From positions 32,001-96,000 of the forward strand of contig CAWHOE010000046.1 in assembly GCA_963830915.1 (NCBI GenBank): a stretch of 64,000 nt of DNA, given 5' to 3'. Position 1 is the first letter of the stretch, and each line of letters opens with the position of its first letter. A program made the translations under genes and the position numbers. The notes beneath the pieces were generated by a model. The model was not told where the DNA came from. It worked only from the letters and a program-made list of their open reading frames with translations, and did no database searches. Source of the DNA: a candidate division FCPU426 bacterium (GTDB lineage Bacteria; Oederibacteriota; Muellerivitia; Muellerivitales; Muellerivitaceae). Positions 49,919 through 60,080 of this stretch are shown here, piece after piece.

Positions 49919-50940
49919 TAAAGGAATTTTCCTGTCAGAGAAAGTTGGTGCAAAACCGCCCCAGCCATCAAGGGATCCTGGAGAACGGCGTAATCGAATT
50001 CCATGACATTGCCGTCGTAAGGGATCAATATTCCCAATCCGCCAGAAAGATTAAGGGAAATCCCCCCCCCCGCCGTTCCCCCGGTCAGATCGCCAGCCCA
50101 GCACCCTCCCCGAAGAGCCAAGACTCCTATGGGGCGCCATTCCAAGCCTAATCGAGGTCGTAAACCCAAGTCATCACTCCACTCGATATCAAAATTGCCT
50201 TTAAGATCGGCTTTTCCCTCCCAATGAGCGATACCCCCTTTGAAGGTGGGTGGTTGAACATCACTATTGGAATTGGAATATGACAAGCTTGTATAAGGGT
50301 CTTGGACCATAAGCCCAACGGCCGTGTCATTATCGACCCTGTATTGGACACCCAGGTTTTCCCCGAACCCATAACCGGAAAAAGAACCCAATCCCAGGGT
50401 CAACACCTTAAGGTTCGCGCCAATCGACCAACGCGGGCTGACTTTATAGGCCAAGGAGAAAAGAAAGGTCATTTCCGTATCGCCGAATGTGCTGTCTGGA
50501 TCGAGGGAAGGACCCGACCTGGCCTCCAAGTCATTACCAGCGGAATAATAAATGAAAGAGAGTCCATAATATAAAAAGTTCTGGAAGTTGTCCGCCAGGG
50601 CCAGATAATCCAATTGTTGATTGAACGAAAGAAAAGTGTATTGGGCCTCACACTGGAATCCCCTCAAACCGGTCAATCCCGCTGGATTCCAGTATCCGCA
50701 AGCCACGTCGTTACGCGCCGCAGCCGCCGCCCCTCCCATGGCTTCCTGAGGCCCGCCCACTCCCATTTCCAGGTAGGCCGCTGGTCTTTGTCCACCTTGT
50801 TGATCCGCCCAAAGAGGGCCTGAAATGGATGCGGAACAAATAAAGATTGAGAATAAAAGAAACAAAGATCTGACGATCGAGGATGGGCAATTCTCGCCGT
50901 TTGGTTTTCTGTTCGAGCCGGAATATCCCATACTACTCAC
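49918..50940 (-). CDS. PorV/PorQ-family outer-membrane barrel
   Basis: YLEMGVG....AMGGA..A..ND....YWNPAGL; amphipathic strands; ends HQLSLTGKFL. Confidence 0.85.
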   Translation of the reverse strand: MSSMGYSGSNRKPNGENCPSSIVRSLFLLFSIFICSASISGPLWADQQGGQRPAAYLEMGVGGPQEAMGGAAAAARNDVACGYWNPAGLTGLRGFQCEAQYTFLSFNQQLDYLALADNFQNFLYYGLSFIYYSAGNDLEARSGPSLDPDSTFGDTEMTFLFSLAYKVSPRWSIGANLKVLTLGLGSFSGYGFGENLGVQYRVDNDTAVGLMVQDPYTSLSYSNSNSDVQPPTFKGGIAHWEGKADLKGNFDIEWSDDLGLRPRLGLEWRPIGVLALRGGCWAGDLTGGTAGGGISLNLSGGLGILIPYDGNVMEFDYAVLQDPLMAGAVLHQLSLTGKFL

Positions 50941-52634
50941 TTGGACCCTCGAATGACGGCTATTTTGTTATGGCCTGTTTGCCCGTCAGCTTTGACGGTA
51001 TAAAAATAAACCCCCGTTTTTACTTCTTGGCCATTTCCATTCCTACCGTCCCAAGGAACATAAAAGGATTTGAACTGAGGATTGGTCGGATTGTTGTTCA
51101 ATTCAGAGGCCGCGTAATTATGGTGAAAAACAACCATTCCCGCCTCATCGTTGATCGTCAAATCAACAGGTTGGGCTTGGGTCAGCACCAAGGTAATGTT
51201 CGTGGTCCCTTCCATATCGACATAAAAGGGATTAGGGCTATTAAAGGTCTTAACGAAAGGTATTACCTGTCCCCCCCCAGTGTTCAAGAGCGCCTGATAA
51301 ACATTCAATCGTCCATATCCAGAGGAAGGATCCCAACCCTTGGTCCCGTTGATCGGGTCCGCGTTGTTGATGATCCGCTGGGCAATCTGGTCATTGGTAA
51401 GGCCGGGATCCAGGGTCAAGATGAGCGCAGCCGTTGCAGTAACGAAGGGAGCGGACGCGGAAGTTCCGGCCCCATACCCAAAATTATCATCATTAGGGTC
51501 CGCCTCAAAATCCTTGGGCGAGGCTGCGACAGGACATTGCAACAGGGCGCTTAGGATGTTCTGGGACGCGGTGAGGGTAATGGGGTCACTGGTCGTGACC
51601 CCGGCGCCTCCTGGCGCGACAAGGGCCAAACCCTCTCCACCGTTGGAATAAACAGCGACCTTGTCATTGTTATCGGACGCCCCCACCGCGATCACCCGCG
51701 GATAGGCGGCCGGATAGTTCAATGGGGCCAACTGGCCCACACCCGAATCATTCCCCGCCGAAGCTACGATCACGCAATTGGCCGCCAGGGCCCTATCCAA
51801 GGCGTCCTGCTCGATCTGGTCGATAGAGGAGGCGCCCAGTGAGAAATTGATGATACGGGCCCCCTGGGTGACCGCAAAGTCCGTCCCGGAAGCGATACCA
51901 TCGGAAGTTCCCGATCCCGTGTTATCCAACACTTTCACCGGGAGCAGGGTCACTCTGGCCATTCCGGCCATACCGGTCGTGAATTGATGGGGCGGACAGG
52001 ATTCGGATATATTGTAATTCCATTGGGCTGCGATGATCCCAGCGACGAAAGTGCCATGGCCAAAGTCATCATCCGTGTTTGTGCTGTCGCCGATGAAATT
52101 GTAACCGGTGGCTTGGATGGAAACAGGCAGGTCAGGATGATTCCGTGAGATCCCCGTATCCAAAACAGCCACTGTAACCCCGGCGTCGCCAGGCTGAGTT
52201 CCGGGACAACCGGCTCCGCCCACCAATTCCCAAGCCTCCGGCGCCTGAATCTTCACAAAGGGCCAATTCTCTGGCCCGGTATAGTATTGATCAGGGGGAA
52301 TACAGGTGACAGGACCACAGGCGTAATAACGATAGTTCGGTTGGGCCCAAGCGACCGCCTTGTTCCCTTTCAACAGCTCGGCTGTACTTTGAACATCCTG
52401 TCCCTGGGAAAGTTTCAACTTAAATAGATCCGGCCGATGGAGTGCCTTGGCCATTGGATAAGATCCCAGGACCTTGGCCCGGTCGTCATAAGACGCCGAA
52501 TCCTTCAACCGCACCAGCACCTCGTCCGGAACAAAAATCGCCTTTCCCCTAGTGGAGTTGATTCTATTCTGGGCCCAGGTTGGGTTGGAAAATAGAGTCA
52601 GGATGAATATCGTCAGGATAAACCTGTGTCTCAT
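50937..52634 (-). CDS. Secreted S8 (subtilisin-like) serine protease with T9SS/FlgD-like C-terminal domain
   Basis: Triad VAVLDTG, HGTFVAG and GTSASAP; oxyanion SAGN; N-terminal prodomain; C-terminus NSPNPF...WDGRNGNG..V.TGVY...KIAVIR. Confidence 0.92.
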   Translation of the reverse strand: MRHRFILTIFILTLFSNPTWAQNRINSTRGKAIFVPDEVLVRLKDSASYDDRAKVLGSYPMAKALHRPDLFKLKLSQGQDVQSTAELLKGNKAVAWAQPNYRYYACGPVTCIPPDQYYTGPENWPFVKIQAPEAWELVGGAGCPGTQPGDAGVTVAVLDTGISRNHPDLPVSIQATGYNFIGDSTNTDDDFGHGTFVAGIIAAQWNYNISESCPPHQFTTGMAGMARVTLLPVKVLDNTGSGTSDGIASGTDFAVTQGARIINFSLGASSIDQIEQDALDRALAANCVIVASAGNDSGVGQLAPLNYPAAYPRVIAVGASDNNDKVAVYSNGGEGLALVAPGGAGVTTSDPITLTASQNILSALLQCPVAASPKDFEADPNDDNFGYGAGTSASAPFVTATAALILTLDPGLTNDQIAQRIINNADPINGTKGWDPSSGYGRLNVYQALLNTGGGQVIPFVKTFNSPNPFYVDMEGTTNITLVLTQAQPVDLTINDEAGMVVFHHNYAASELNNNPTNPQFKSFYVPWDGRNGNGQEVKTGVYFYTVKADGQTGHNKIAVIRGSK

Positions 52635-53899
52635 CGCGGGGAACCTTTCGGGAGAAGGGTCTCGCCGATCTTTCCCGCGATATCCAATATCTTTTCCGCT
52701 AAACGACTTTTCAATTCCCTTTTGAGGATCATGGGTTTCGAAAAAATCCTGCTGAAAGCCAATATCTCATTATGGTTGCTCTCAAAACCCGAATCCTTTC
52801 CACCCACCCGGTTGGCGATCAAAAGGTCACAGGGCTTTTTGGCCCATTTAGCTTTGGCATGGGTTCGTAATTTATCCGTCTCCGCCGCGAACCCGACCAC
52901 CACTTGGTGGTCCTTCTTTTTATTCAAAACCTCCCCCAAGATGTCCGGGTTCTTCCTTAAGGTGATCGAAAGGACACCTTTCGATTTCTTCATCTTGCTC
53001 TTGGCGGGGTTTTCCACGGCGTAATCGGCGACCGCGGCCGCCATGATCAAATAATCGGCGCCTTGAAAAGCTTTATGGACTTCAAGTCGCATCTCCTCAG
53101 CGGTCCTTACCGCGATCGTCCTCGCACCTGTCAAAGGAGCCAGCGACGTGGGACCATGGATCAGGGTCACTTCCGCGCCCCGGTTCAAGGCCGCCTGGGC
53201 CAGAGCGTATCCCATCTTTCCGCTAGAGCGGTTGGTGATGAAACGAACAGGATCGATGTCCTCCTGGGTCGGTCCGGCCGTCACAACGACCCTTTTCCCC
53301 CGCCAGGACCCGTGACTCTTGAAATAGGTTTCGACTTGAAAGGATATCTCGGTCGGCTCTACGAACCTTCCCTCGCCCACATCCCCGCAGGCCAAATGTC
53401 CCCGATCCGGCCCCAAGAAACGGACACCCCTCGACCTAAGGATTTTGTGGTTTTGCCGGATGGCTGGATGGTTCCACATGTTGACGTTCATCGCGGGTGC
53501 CATCCAGATCGGACAGGTGGCGTAAAGGCAAAGTGTTGAAAGCAGGTCGTTACCCAGGCCAACCGCGGCTTTCGTCATGAAATCGGCTGAAGCTGGGGCG
53601 ATCAATACCAGGTCCGCTTGACGGGTGAATTCAATATGGGGTACTACCGCGAAAGGGTGGGAACCACTCGGGGTACCGGGAGGTATGGGAGTGGAACCCT
53701 TGAACAGGCTTTTCCAAACCGGGAATCCGGAGGCCCTTCGGAGTTCCTTCTCGGGGACCAAACGGGAACCCGCCTCGGTGATGACCACATGGACTTCGGA
53801 GAATTTCTTCAAAAGATGGATAAGCTCAACGGTCTTATAAGCGGCCACACTGCCTGTGATGCCTAATAACACCTTGGGGATTTTGGGAGAATGAGCCAT
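52631..53899 (-). CDS. coaBC: Bifunctional phosphopantothenoylcysteine decarboxylase/ligase
   Basis: GITGSVAAYK, APAMN..M, LACGD.GEGR, TAGPT.E.IDPVRFITNRSSGKMG, GFAAET. Confidence 0.96.
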   Translation of the reverse strand: MAHSPKIPKVLLGITGSVAAYKTVELIHLLKKFSEVHVVITEAGSRLVPEKELRRASGFPVWKSLFKGSTPIPPGTPSGSHPFAVVPHIEFTRQADLVLIAPASADFMTKAAVGLGNDLLSTLCLYATCPIWMAPAMNVNMWNHPAIRQNHKILRSRGVRFLGPDRGHLACGDVGEGRFVEPTEISFQVETYFKSHGSWRGKRVVVTAGPTQEDIDPVRFITNRSSGKMGYALAQAALNRGAEVTLIHGPTSLAPLTGARTIAVRTAEEMRLEVHKAFQGADYLIMAAAVADYAVENPAKSKMKKSKGVLSITLRKNPDILGEVLNKKKDHQVVVGFAAETDKLRTHAKAKWAKKPCDLLIANRVGGKDSGFESNHNEILAFSRIFSKPMILKRELKSRLAEKILDIAGKIGETLLPKGSPR

Positions 53900-53992
53900 G
53901 GAAGATCAGCTGTCGGTCCGAAACTGGGGTTGGCAAACGGGAGATCAAATAGAAAATTCCTGAACTGTCAACCTACAGCCGTTGACCGCCTC

Positions 53993-54220
53993 TCAGTCTT
54001 TTTCTCTTCGCTTCTTGGCCGGTACCGGGGTGTTGGTATAAGCCACTTTACTGGCCATGAACTCACTGAGAGCCTGCAGGATGACCTTCTCCGTATCCAC
54101 GGTCATATTGTGTTTCTCGGCCCTATCCAGCAATTGCCTGGCCCTTTTCGATGCCACTAATACGGAAATATACCTGTTATCCAATAAACCTAATGTCGGG
54201 TCTTTCTTTTCTTCGGTCAT
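53993..54220 (-). CDS. rpoZ: RNA polymerase omega subunit
   Basis: NRY..VLVASKRARQL and ALSE; lies between gmk and coaBC. Confidence 0.9.
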   Translation of the reverse strand: MTEEKKDPTLGLLDNRYISVLVASKRARQLLDRAEKHNMTVDTEKVILQALSEFMASKVAYTNTPVPAKKRREKD

Positions 54221-54379
54221 GCTCCCCCTCCGGGTGGGTACTTTTTAGGTGTCAAATGTTAAAGAAGAACGCAAATTATACTCAAAACCCAGCGTAATCG
54301 TATAATAAAAGCCTTCATTTCACGAACTAAACAAGGCCTAAAATGGTCGTTTCAGCAGGTCAATAAAGCTGTTTTTATA

Positions 54380-54979
54380 CTAGTTTGTACTCATTAAGGC
54401 CTTCTTGGCCGATTCCAATCGTTCCGTTTGAAGGATTTTCGCCACATCAGCGACCGCCTTGGAAAGGCGATCATTGACCACCCGATATCGATAATAGCGT
54501 CCCTGTCGGATCTCCCCTTTGGCGTTTTGAAGCCTGACAGCCAATGCTTTCCCATCCTCGCTTTGACGACCCAGAAGCCTCTTTTTCAATACGGTGAAAC
54601 TGGGAGGTTTCAGGAAGATCAATACCGCTCCCGGATCCTGTTTTTTGACCGATTTTCCGCCTTGGACATCGATGACCAACAGTACATCCTTGCCCTTGGC
54701 TCTTTGGGCGTTCACCCAGGCTTTAGGTGTGCCGTAATAATGCCGATGGACCTTGGCCCATTCCAGGAAAGAACCGGACAAGATCATTTTTTTGAAACGC
54801 GCTGGGGGCACAAAAAAATAGTCCCGGCCCGCCTTTTCGCCGATCCTGGGTTGACGGGTCGTGCAAGAAACAGAACGAACGAGGTTTTTATCCCGCTTCA
54901 ACAGCTTTTGAGCGATGGTGGTCTTGCCCCCTCCCGACGGAGAGGAAAGGACGATCATCAATCCAGCCCGCTTTTTCAT
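54380..54979 (-). CDS. gmk: Guanylate kinase
   Basis: SSPSGGGKTT, SCTTR.PR.GE, YYGTP, IDVQG. Confidence 0.96.
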   Translation of the reverse strand: MKKRAGLMIVLSSPSGGGKTTIAQKLLKRDKNLVRSVSCTTRQPRIGEKAGRDYFFVPPARFKKMILSGSFLEWAKVHRHYYGTPKAWVNAQRAKGKDVLLVIDVQGGKSVKKQDPGAVLIFLKPPSFTVLKKRLLGRQSEDGKALAVRLQNAKGEIRQGRYYRYRVVNDRLSKAVADVAKILQTERLESAKKALMSTN

Positions 54980-55000
54980 TGATTTTATATCCCGACTTAT

Positions 55001-55873
55001 TTATTCGATGTTTTGTATCTGTTCCCGTAACTGTTCCAACAGTTCCTTCAGCCTCACGACGTTATGGGCCATTTTGGAATCAGCGGACTTGGAACCGATG
55101 GTATTGGTTTCCCGGTTCATTTCCTGGATGAGGAAGTCCAATTTCCGGCCAACACTCCCCTTTTCCTTCAGGGTATCCTGCAATGCGGCCAGATGACTGT
55201 CCAATCGGGTCAATTCTTCCGAGATATCGTGACGTTGGATCAAGACGCTCTCCTCCGTGGCCAACCGGGCCTGGTCCTGTAGGGGAGCGGGTAAATACTC
55301 GGCGATCTTATCCTTGAAGGCCTTCACTTTCTCCGCCATCAGCACTTTATGACGCTGGCGCAGTTGGAGGACAATGTTCGTGATCTCTTTGGCCCTTTCC
55401 AACATATCCTTACCTAGCCGCCCTCCCTCGACCTGACGCATCTTTTCCAAAGCCTTCAGCGCTTCCTGGACCGCCTCGCCGACCGCTTTTCGTTGCTCCG
55501 TTTCCATCCGCTCGGTCTCCACAACCATCAGCACGTCGGGCATTTTGAGAAGGGTCTCGATGGAAAGCTCGCCCTTGAGCTTGAACCTTTTGGAAGCCTT
55601 TTGGGCGGCATGAAGATATTCGGTTAGGAGATCCTCATTGACGACTACTGTCTTGGCCTTCATGGGCGACAGGTCTTTGAGGAAAAAATCGACTTTTCCC
55701 CTGGTCACCGAGGCCAGGATGAGCTCGCGCACTTCCGGTTCCATGAATTGGAAGAAGGTCGGCATCTTCAAATTGATGTCGTGGTACTTGTGATTGACGG
55801 TCTTGATCTCAGCCACCACCTGGAAGGATTTGGTCTGCCCGGATCCGCGGCCAAAACCAGTCATGCTTCTCAT
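55001..55873 (-). CDS. yicC: YicC/YloC-family endoribonuclease
   Basis: SMTGFG, EEL.RL.SH, GRKLDFLIQEMNRETNTIGSKS, REQIQNIE. Confidence 0.94.
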   Translation of the reverse strand: MRSMTGFGRGSGQTKSFQVVAEIKTVNHKYHDINLKMPTFFQFMEPEVRELILASVTRGKVDFFLKDLSPMKAKTVVVNEDLLTEYLHAAQKASKRFKLKGELSIETLLKMPDVLMVVETERMETEQRKAVGEAVQEALKALEKMRQVEGGRLGKDMLERAKEITNIVLQLRQRHKVLMAEKVKAFKDKIAEYLPAPLQDQARLATEESVLIQRHDISEELTRLDSHLAALQDTLKEKGSVGRKLDFLIQEMNRETNTIGSKSADSKMAHNVVRLKELLEQLREQIQNIE

Positions 55874-56013
55874 AATTCCCCCGTATCTCAAGGATGATCC
55901 AACAGGGCAAAAGCCCTATCGGGACTCAGCCAACATTATATTCTTTTTGAGGATCTTTCGGACGACATCAAACCCACCATAAACGACGACCCTTTCCAAC
56001 CCAGGAACGTCCG

Positions 56014-57027
56014 CTAATCCTTTTCGACCGCTCCCACGATCTTCCAAGCTCCCTCTTTTTTGGAAAGGTTGAAACTTTTATCGATCTTTTGGGTTTTTCC
56101 AAGCCTTTTATCCATCCAACTCAGCGTGAAAGTCGCCGTGGCATAATCGCCATTGATGACCATCCCCGCCAACTCCGCTTTTAATTGGAGTGATTTCTGG
56201 TCGTTGGATATCAATATCTGCTGATAGTCGCTGTTCCACTGCGCCCTTCCCGGGAACATCTCATCGAAGTAAGGGTTCATTTTCGTCTGGCTGCCGCTTT
56301 CCAGCGCCCCGCAAAAATTCACCGTGAAATGCTGGAGTTCGTATCGATCCACCGATATTCCCCTAGACCCAATGGGCGTATACCAATCCAATTGGGAAAG
56401 GCTTGAGGTTAATTCCTTCAGCCATTTTTGCTCCTTTTCCGTTCCGGTGAGGGTCTCGGGTACGATCGCGTGCACCTTGACGACCAGGTCATCTTTTTTC
56501 AGGCCCCATTCCTCATCCAGCCATTTTTGACCCCTATAATCGACCACATGAAAGGGGACCATAATCCAGACCAGCGAATCCCCTGTTTTCCATTCCCCAG
56601 TCTTGTCGACCTTGACTACCTGGAATTGATGATTGGTTAGGTCCTGTTGGGCGTCCGCCTGCCAGCTTTTCGCTGAAAAGGTCAAGGAAGGATCGGCAAT
56701 CTGTACCGCCACCCGGACGATCATTTGATAACCAGGATCAGAAAACCGGGCTACCTCATCCACTTCCTGGTCAGCTGAAAGTTTCAAATACACCCATTTT
56801 GTGGGTACCGGAAACCCAAATCCGTAATCGACCTGGACAAATTGTCCGTTAGAGACCCCCGTATCCACCGCAGGCGGAAGGGGCAAGGTGTTTTGAGCGA
56901 ACCTTGGTTTTGTTTTACAGCCGATCGATATCAACAAAAGGGCCATCATCAGCATGACCAAGCGCCAGTTTGATCGACGAATAACGAACCTCAAACCGGA
57001 AATATTCCTAGGAAAATTATTTTTCAA
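56014..57027 (-). CDS. Hypothetical lipoprotein
   Basis: Lipobox-like SIGC; C-terminal NTF2-like L.KKEGAWKI; overlaps the moxR stop. Confidence 0.65.
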   Translation of the reverse strand: MKNNFPRNISGLRFVIRRSNWRLVMLMMALLLISIGCKTKPRFAQNTLPLPPAVDTGVSNGQFVQVDYGFGFPVPTKWVYLKLSADQEVDEVARFSDPGYQMIVRVAVQIADPSLTFSAKSWQADAQQDLTNHQFQVVKVDKTGEWKTGDSLVWIMVPFHVVDYRGQKWLDEEWGLKKDDLVVKVHAIVPETLTGTEKEQKWLKELTSSLSQLDWYTPIGSRGISVDRYELQHFTVNFCGALESGSQTKMNPYFDEMFPGRAQWNSDYQQILISNDQKSLQLKAELAGMVINGDYATATFTLSWMDKRLGKTQKIDKSFNLSKKEGAWKIVGAVEKD

Positions 57028-58013
57028 GGAACAGGCACCTTATTGAGTATCTGTTGGATCACATCATCGGTCTTGAGATTCTGCGCCTCCGCCTCATAAG
57101 TGAGGATCAGCCGGTGCCTCATTACATCGGGGGCCAAAGCTTTGACATCCTCCGGGGTCGCGTAACCGCGCCCGTTCATGAAGGCCCGTGCCTTGGCGGT
57201 GTTCGTCATACCGAGCGAGGCCCGGGGACTGGCTCCATACTCGATCAACGAGGTCAGGTTATCCAGCTTGTAGGCCTTGGGGTTGCGGCTGGCCGTCACT
57301 AAATGAACGATATAATCTTTCAATGTCTCGCTGACATAGACATTATCCACCAGCTTTTGGGCCTTTAAGATGGCCTGCGCCGATAGGATCTCGTTGGTCT
57401 TGATGGAGGCTCCTGAAGCCATACGGGTGATGATCTCTTTTTCATCCTCGAAACCAGGATAGCCAACGAAAACCTTCATCAAGAAACGGTCGACCTGCGC
57501 CTCAGGCAGCGGATAGGTTCCCTCATGCTCGATGGGATTCTGGGTGGCCATTACGAAGAAGGGTTCTTCCAGCTTGAAGGTATCCGGTCCGATGGTGACC
57601 TGATGTTCCTGCATGGACTCAAGCAAGGCCGACTGGACCTTGGCGGGAGCGCGGTTGATCTCATCGGCCAGCACCAGATTGGCGAAGACCGGGCCCTTCT
57701 GTGTCTTGAACTCGCCTTTGGCCGGCATATAGATGCGCGTCCCCAAAAGATCCGCCGGTAGAAGGTCCGGAGTGAACTGGATACGGCTGAAAGACACACC
57801 CAACACCTCCGAAAGGGTGCGAATGGCCAGGGTCTTGGCCAACCCGGGCAACCCTTCCAGAAGCAGGTGCCCTTTCGCCAGCAGCCCCAGCAACAACCTT
57901 TCCACCAAGTCTTCCTGGCCCACAATGACCTTCTTCACTTCTTCCTTGGCCTTTTGGAACTGTTCGCTCAGCCTCTGGCCTTCTTGTGTCAGTTCTTCGT
58001 TCTGTGTCGCCAT
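57024..58013 (-). CDS. moxR: MoxR-family AAA+ ATPase
   Basis: GLPGLAKT, RIQFTPDLLPAD, DEINRAPAKVQSALLE, TQNPIE.EGTYPLPEAQ.DRF. Confidence 0.95.
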   Translation of the reverse strand: MATQNEELTQEGQRLSEQFQKAKEEVKKVIVGQEDLVERLLLGLLAKGHLLLEGLPGLAKTLAIRTLSEVLGVSFSRIQFTPDLLPADLLGTRIYMPAKGEFKTQKGPVFANLVLADEINRAPAKVQSALLESMQEHQVTIGPDTFKLEEPFFVMATQNPIEHEGTYPLPEAQVDRFLMKVFVGYPGFEDEKEIITRMASGASIKTNEILSAQAILKAQKLVDNVYVSETLKDYIVHLVTASRNPKAYKLDNLTSLIEYGASPRASLGMTNTAKARAFMNGRGYATPEDVKALAPDVMRHRLILTYEAEAQNLKTDDVIQQILNKVPVP

Positions 58014-58055
58014 TTTAGCTCCTTGAGATTTCACCGCTACTTCGCGGTATCCACT

Positions 58056-59048
58056 TTAAGATTTCTGCATCTTCGGCAGCAAAGCCGAACATTGACTCCT
58101 CAGATTATCCCGGCCGGTCAGATTTCCATCCGCGTACAGGACCCGGTCGCAAATTTTAAGGCACTTTTCCACTGCTTCCATCTCATCCTTTGTCAGCTTG
58201 TACTTTTTCAATTCTTTCAGGATCTCCTCGGTGGTGTAATCCACCGCTGGGAAACCCAGGCGATATTGGAGACAATCCCGCAGCAGGCTGGAAAGGGCCA
58301 AGCAGAACTCCTTGGCCGAGAGCTCCTCATTGGAAAGTTTCCGCCAGGCTTCCCTCAATTCAGCCGCTTTACCCAATAAGACCGGCTGATTCTTGGTTTT
58401 TTTCGGCCTGGAAAAACGCCACCAGATATAACCGGCGATAATGATCACCAACACCAGCCAAAAAATGATCTTGATGGCCATAATGGAGTCATCGATCAAG
58501 GGTTTGATCCCCCGAAGTTGGTCATCAGGCGTGACCGGGGGATTGGTCTGAGGATTCTGGACCGGCGGGTTTTGTTTTTTCGATCCAAAAAAAGAGAAGG
58601 GTTTCTTGGCGGTCACCGTGACTGAAACAACGTTCGATTTGATCTCGCGCCTCTTACCTGAGGGATCCTGGTAAAGCAAAAGAGCCGGGCCCAATGTCTC
58701 GCTCCCGGCCTTGGTCGCTTCCAGGGTATATCGGGTCGTCGCGACGGCCGCCGTCTGCTGGTTGACGATGGTGACCTGGTTGAAAGAACTGGCCCCCCTT
58801 ATCTGGAATAATTCCGGGGTGGGAATGGTCGGATCCTGCAAGACCGTGCTGTTCCCGTTCCCGACCTGCTTGAACTCGATGGAAACGGTGATCTTATCGC
58901 CCACCTCCACCTCACGGTTGTCCACATCCAGGATCAAACCGACCGTCTCGCCCTGATTTTGGGCCCAAAGCCTTCCGCCCCCCTGGATCAATACCACCCA
59001 AGACAGGGCAAGGCTCAAGATCAATAATTTCCTAGTTTTCGCGATCAT
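58056..59048 (-). CDS. batD: BatD-like protein (short: one Ig-like domain, TM, helical C-domain)
   Basis: Signal peptide; V.VGD...VSI Ig-like start; TM helix; position in the Bat operon. Confidence 0.7.
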   Translation of the reverse strand: MIAKTRKLLILSLALSWVVLIQGGGRLWAQNQGETVGLILDVDNREVEVGDKITVSIEFKQVGNGNSTVLQDPTIPTPELFQIRGASSFNQVTIVNQQTAAVATTRYTLEATKAGSETLGPALLLYQDPSGKRREIKSNVVSVTVTAKKPFSFFGSKKQNPPVQNPQTNPPVTPDDQLRGIKPLIDDSIMAIKIIFWLVLVIIIAGYIWWRFSRPKKTKNQPVLLGKAAELREAWRKLSNEELSAKEFCLALSSLLRDCLQYRLGFPAVDYTTEEILKELKKYKLTKDEMEAVEKCLKICDRVLYADGNLTGRDNLRSQCSALLPKMQKS

Positions 59049-59122
59049 TTCATTTCACCTCATGGTTTAAGAACGGCGTATTTTACCCTTGTCCCACATC
59101 CCTTGCATCGTCAAAGTCGATC

Positions 59123-60070
59123 TCACCAATCCTCCTGTACCTGATCGCCACTGTTGTCCGGCTTGCCAAAGAACTTCTTCATGAATTCCTGTTGTTCCCT
59201 GGGCAGAAAATTCCACATAGCGCTTTGTTTTTGCTGCTCCCGCTTGGGATTGGCCGAATAGTAACGCTGGGTCTGCTCCTCTTGTTTTTGCATTTTGGAA
59301 TATAGCTCCTGGATCTGTTGGTCACTCAAACCCAGTTCTTTTTTAGCCTGTTCCTGTCTCTGTTGGTCCTCCTGGTTTTGTCTCGCCTGGGCCGGGTCCG
59401 GTTTCCCCTGGGGATCGGGTTTGGGTTGGCCATTCTTGTCCTTGTTTTGGGGATTATTGGCCTGATCCTTTTTTTGATCTTGCTGGTTTCCGTTCGATTG
59501 TTTTTGCTGGTTCGACTGGTTCTGTTGCTGGTCCTTCGGCTGTTGCTTCTGCTGTTGATCCTTGGACTGTTGTTGTTGATCTTGCTGTTTTTTCTTTTCC
59601 TGTTCTTCTTTCTTTTTTTGATCGCTCTTGTCCGATTTGGGGTCTTGTTTCAGTTTCTTTTCGGCCAGGTCCAGGTTGAACTTGGCGTCGGCGTCTTTCG
59701 GATCCAGTTGAAGGGCTTTTTGATAGGCTTCAATGGCGTCCTTATAACGCTCTTGTTGGAAATAACTATTGCCCAGGTTATACCACCCCTGTTCCAGGGT
59801 CGGTTTCTTTTGAAGGACTTGCTCAAAAGCGTTCTGAGAATCCTCATACTTGCCCTGTTGGTAAAGGGTGTTCCCCAGGTCGTAAAGGGCGTTCATGTCA
59901 TCCGGGTTCCCTTTCACCTTGTCCTCGTAATATTTCTCAGCGTTTTGGTAATCCTTGTTCTCGTAGGCGCTTTTTCCCGAGGAAAGATCGAATGCCATCG
60001 ATGGACTCGCCAATGAGAGGAGCGCAAGGCCCAAAAGCGGGAAATAGATTTTTAACGAAAGACTTTTCAT
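59123..60070 (-). CDS. batC: BatC-like TPR protein with Gln/Lys-rich tail
   Basis: YNLGNSYF..Y..AI.AY..AL..DP.D.DAKFNL; Q-rich tail; terminal EDW. Confidence 0.85.
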   Translation of the reverse strand: MKSLSLKIYFPLLGLALLSLASPSMAFDLSSGKSAYENKDYQNAEKYYEDKVKGNPDDMNALYDLGNTLYQQGKYEDSQNAFEQVLQKKPTLEQGWYNLGNSYFQQERYKDAIEAYQKALQLDPKDADAKFNLDLAEKKLKQDPKSDKSDQKKKEEQEKKKQQDQQQQSKDQQQKQQPKDQQQNQSNQQKQSNGNQQDQKKDQANNPQNKDKNGQPKPDPQGKPDPAQARQNQEDQQRQEQAKKELGLSDQQIQELYSKMQKQEEQTQRYYSANPKREQQKQSAMWNFLPREQQEFMKKFFGKPDNSGDQVQEDW

Positions 60071-60080
60071 TTCATTCCCT

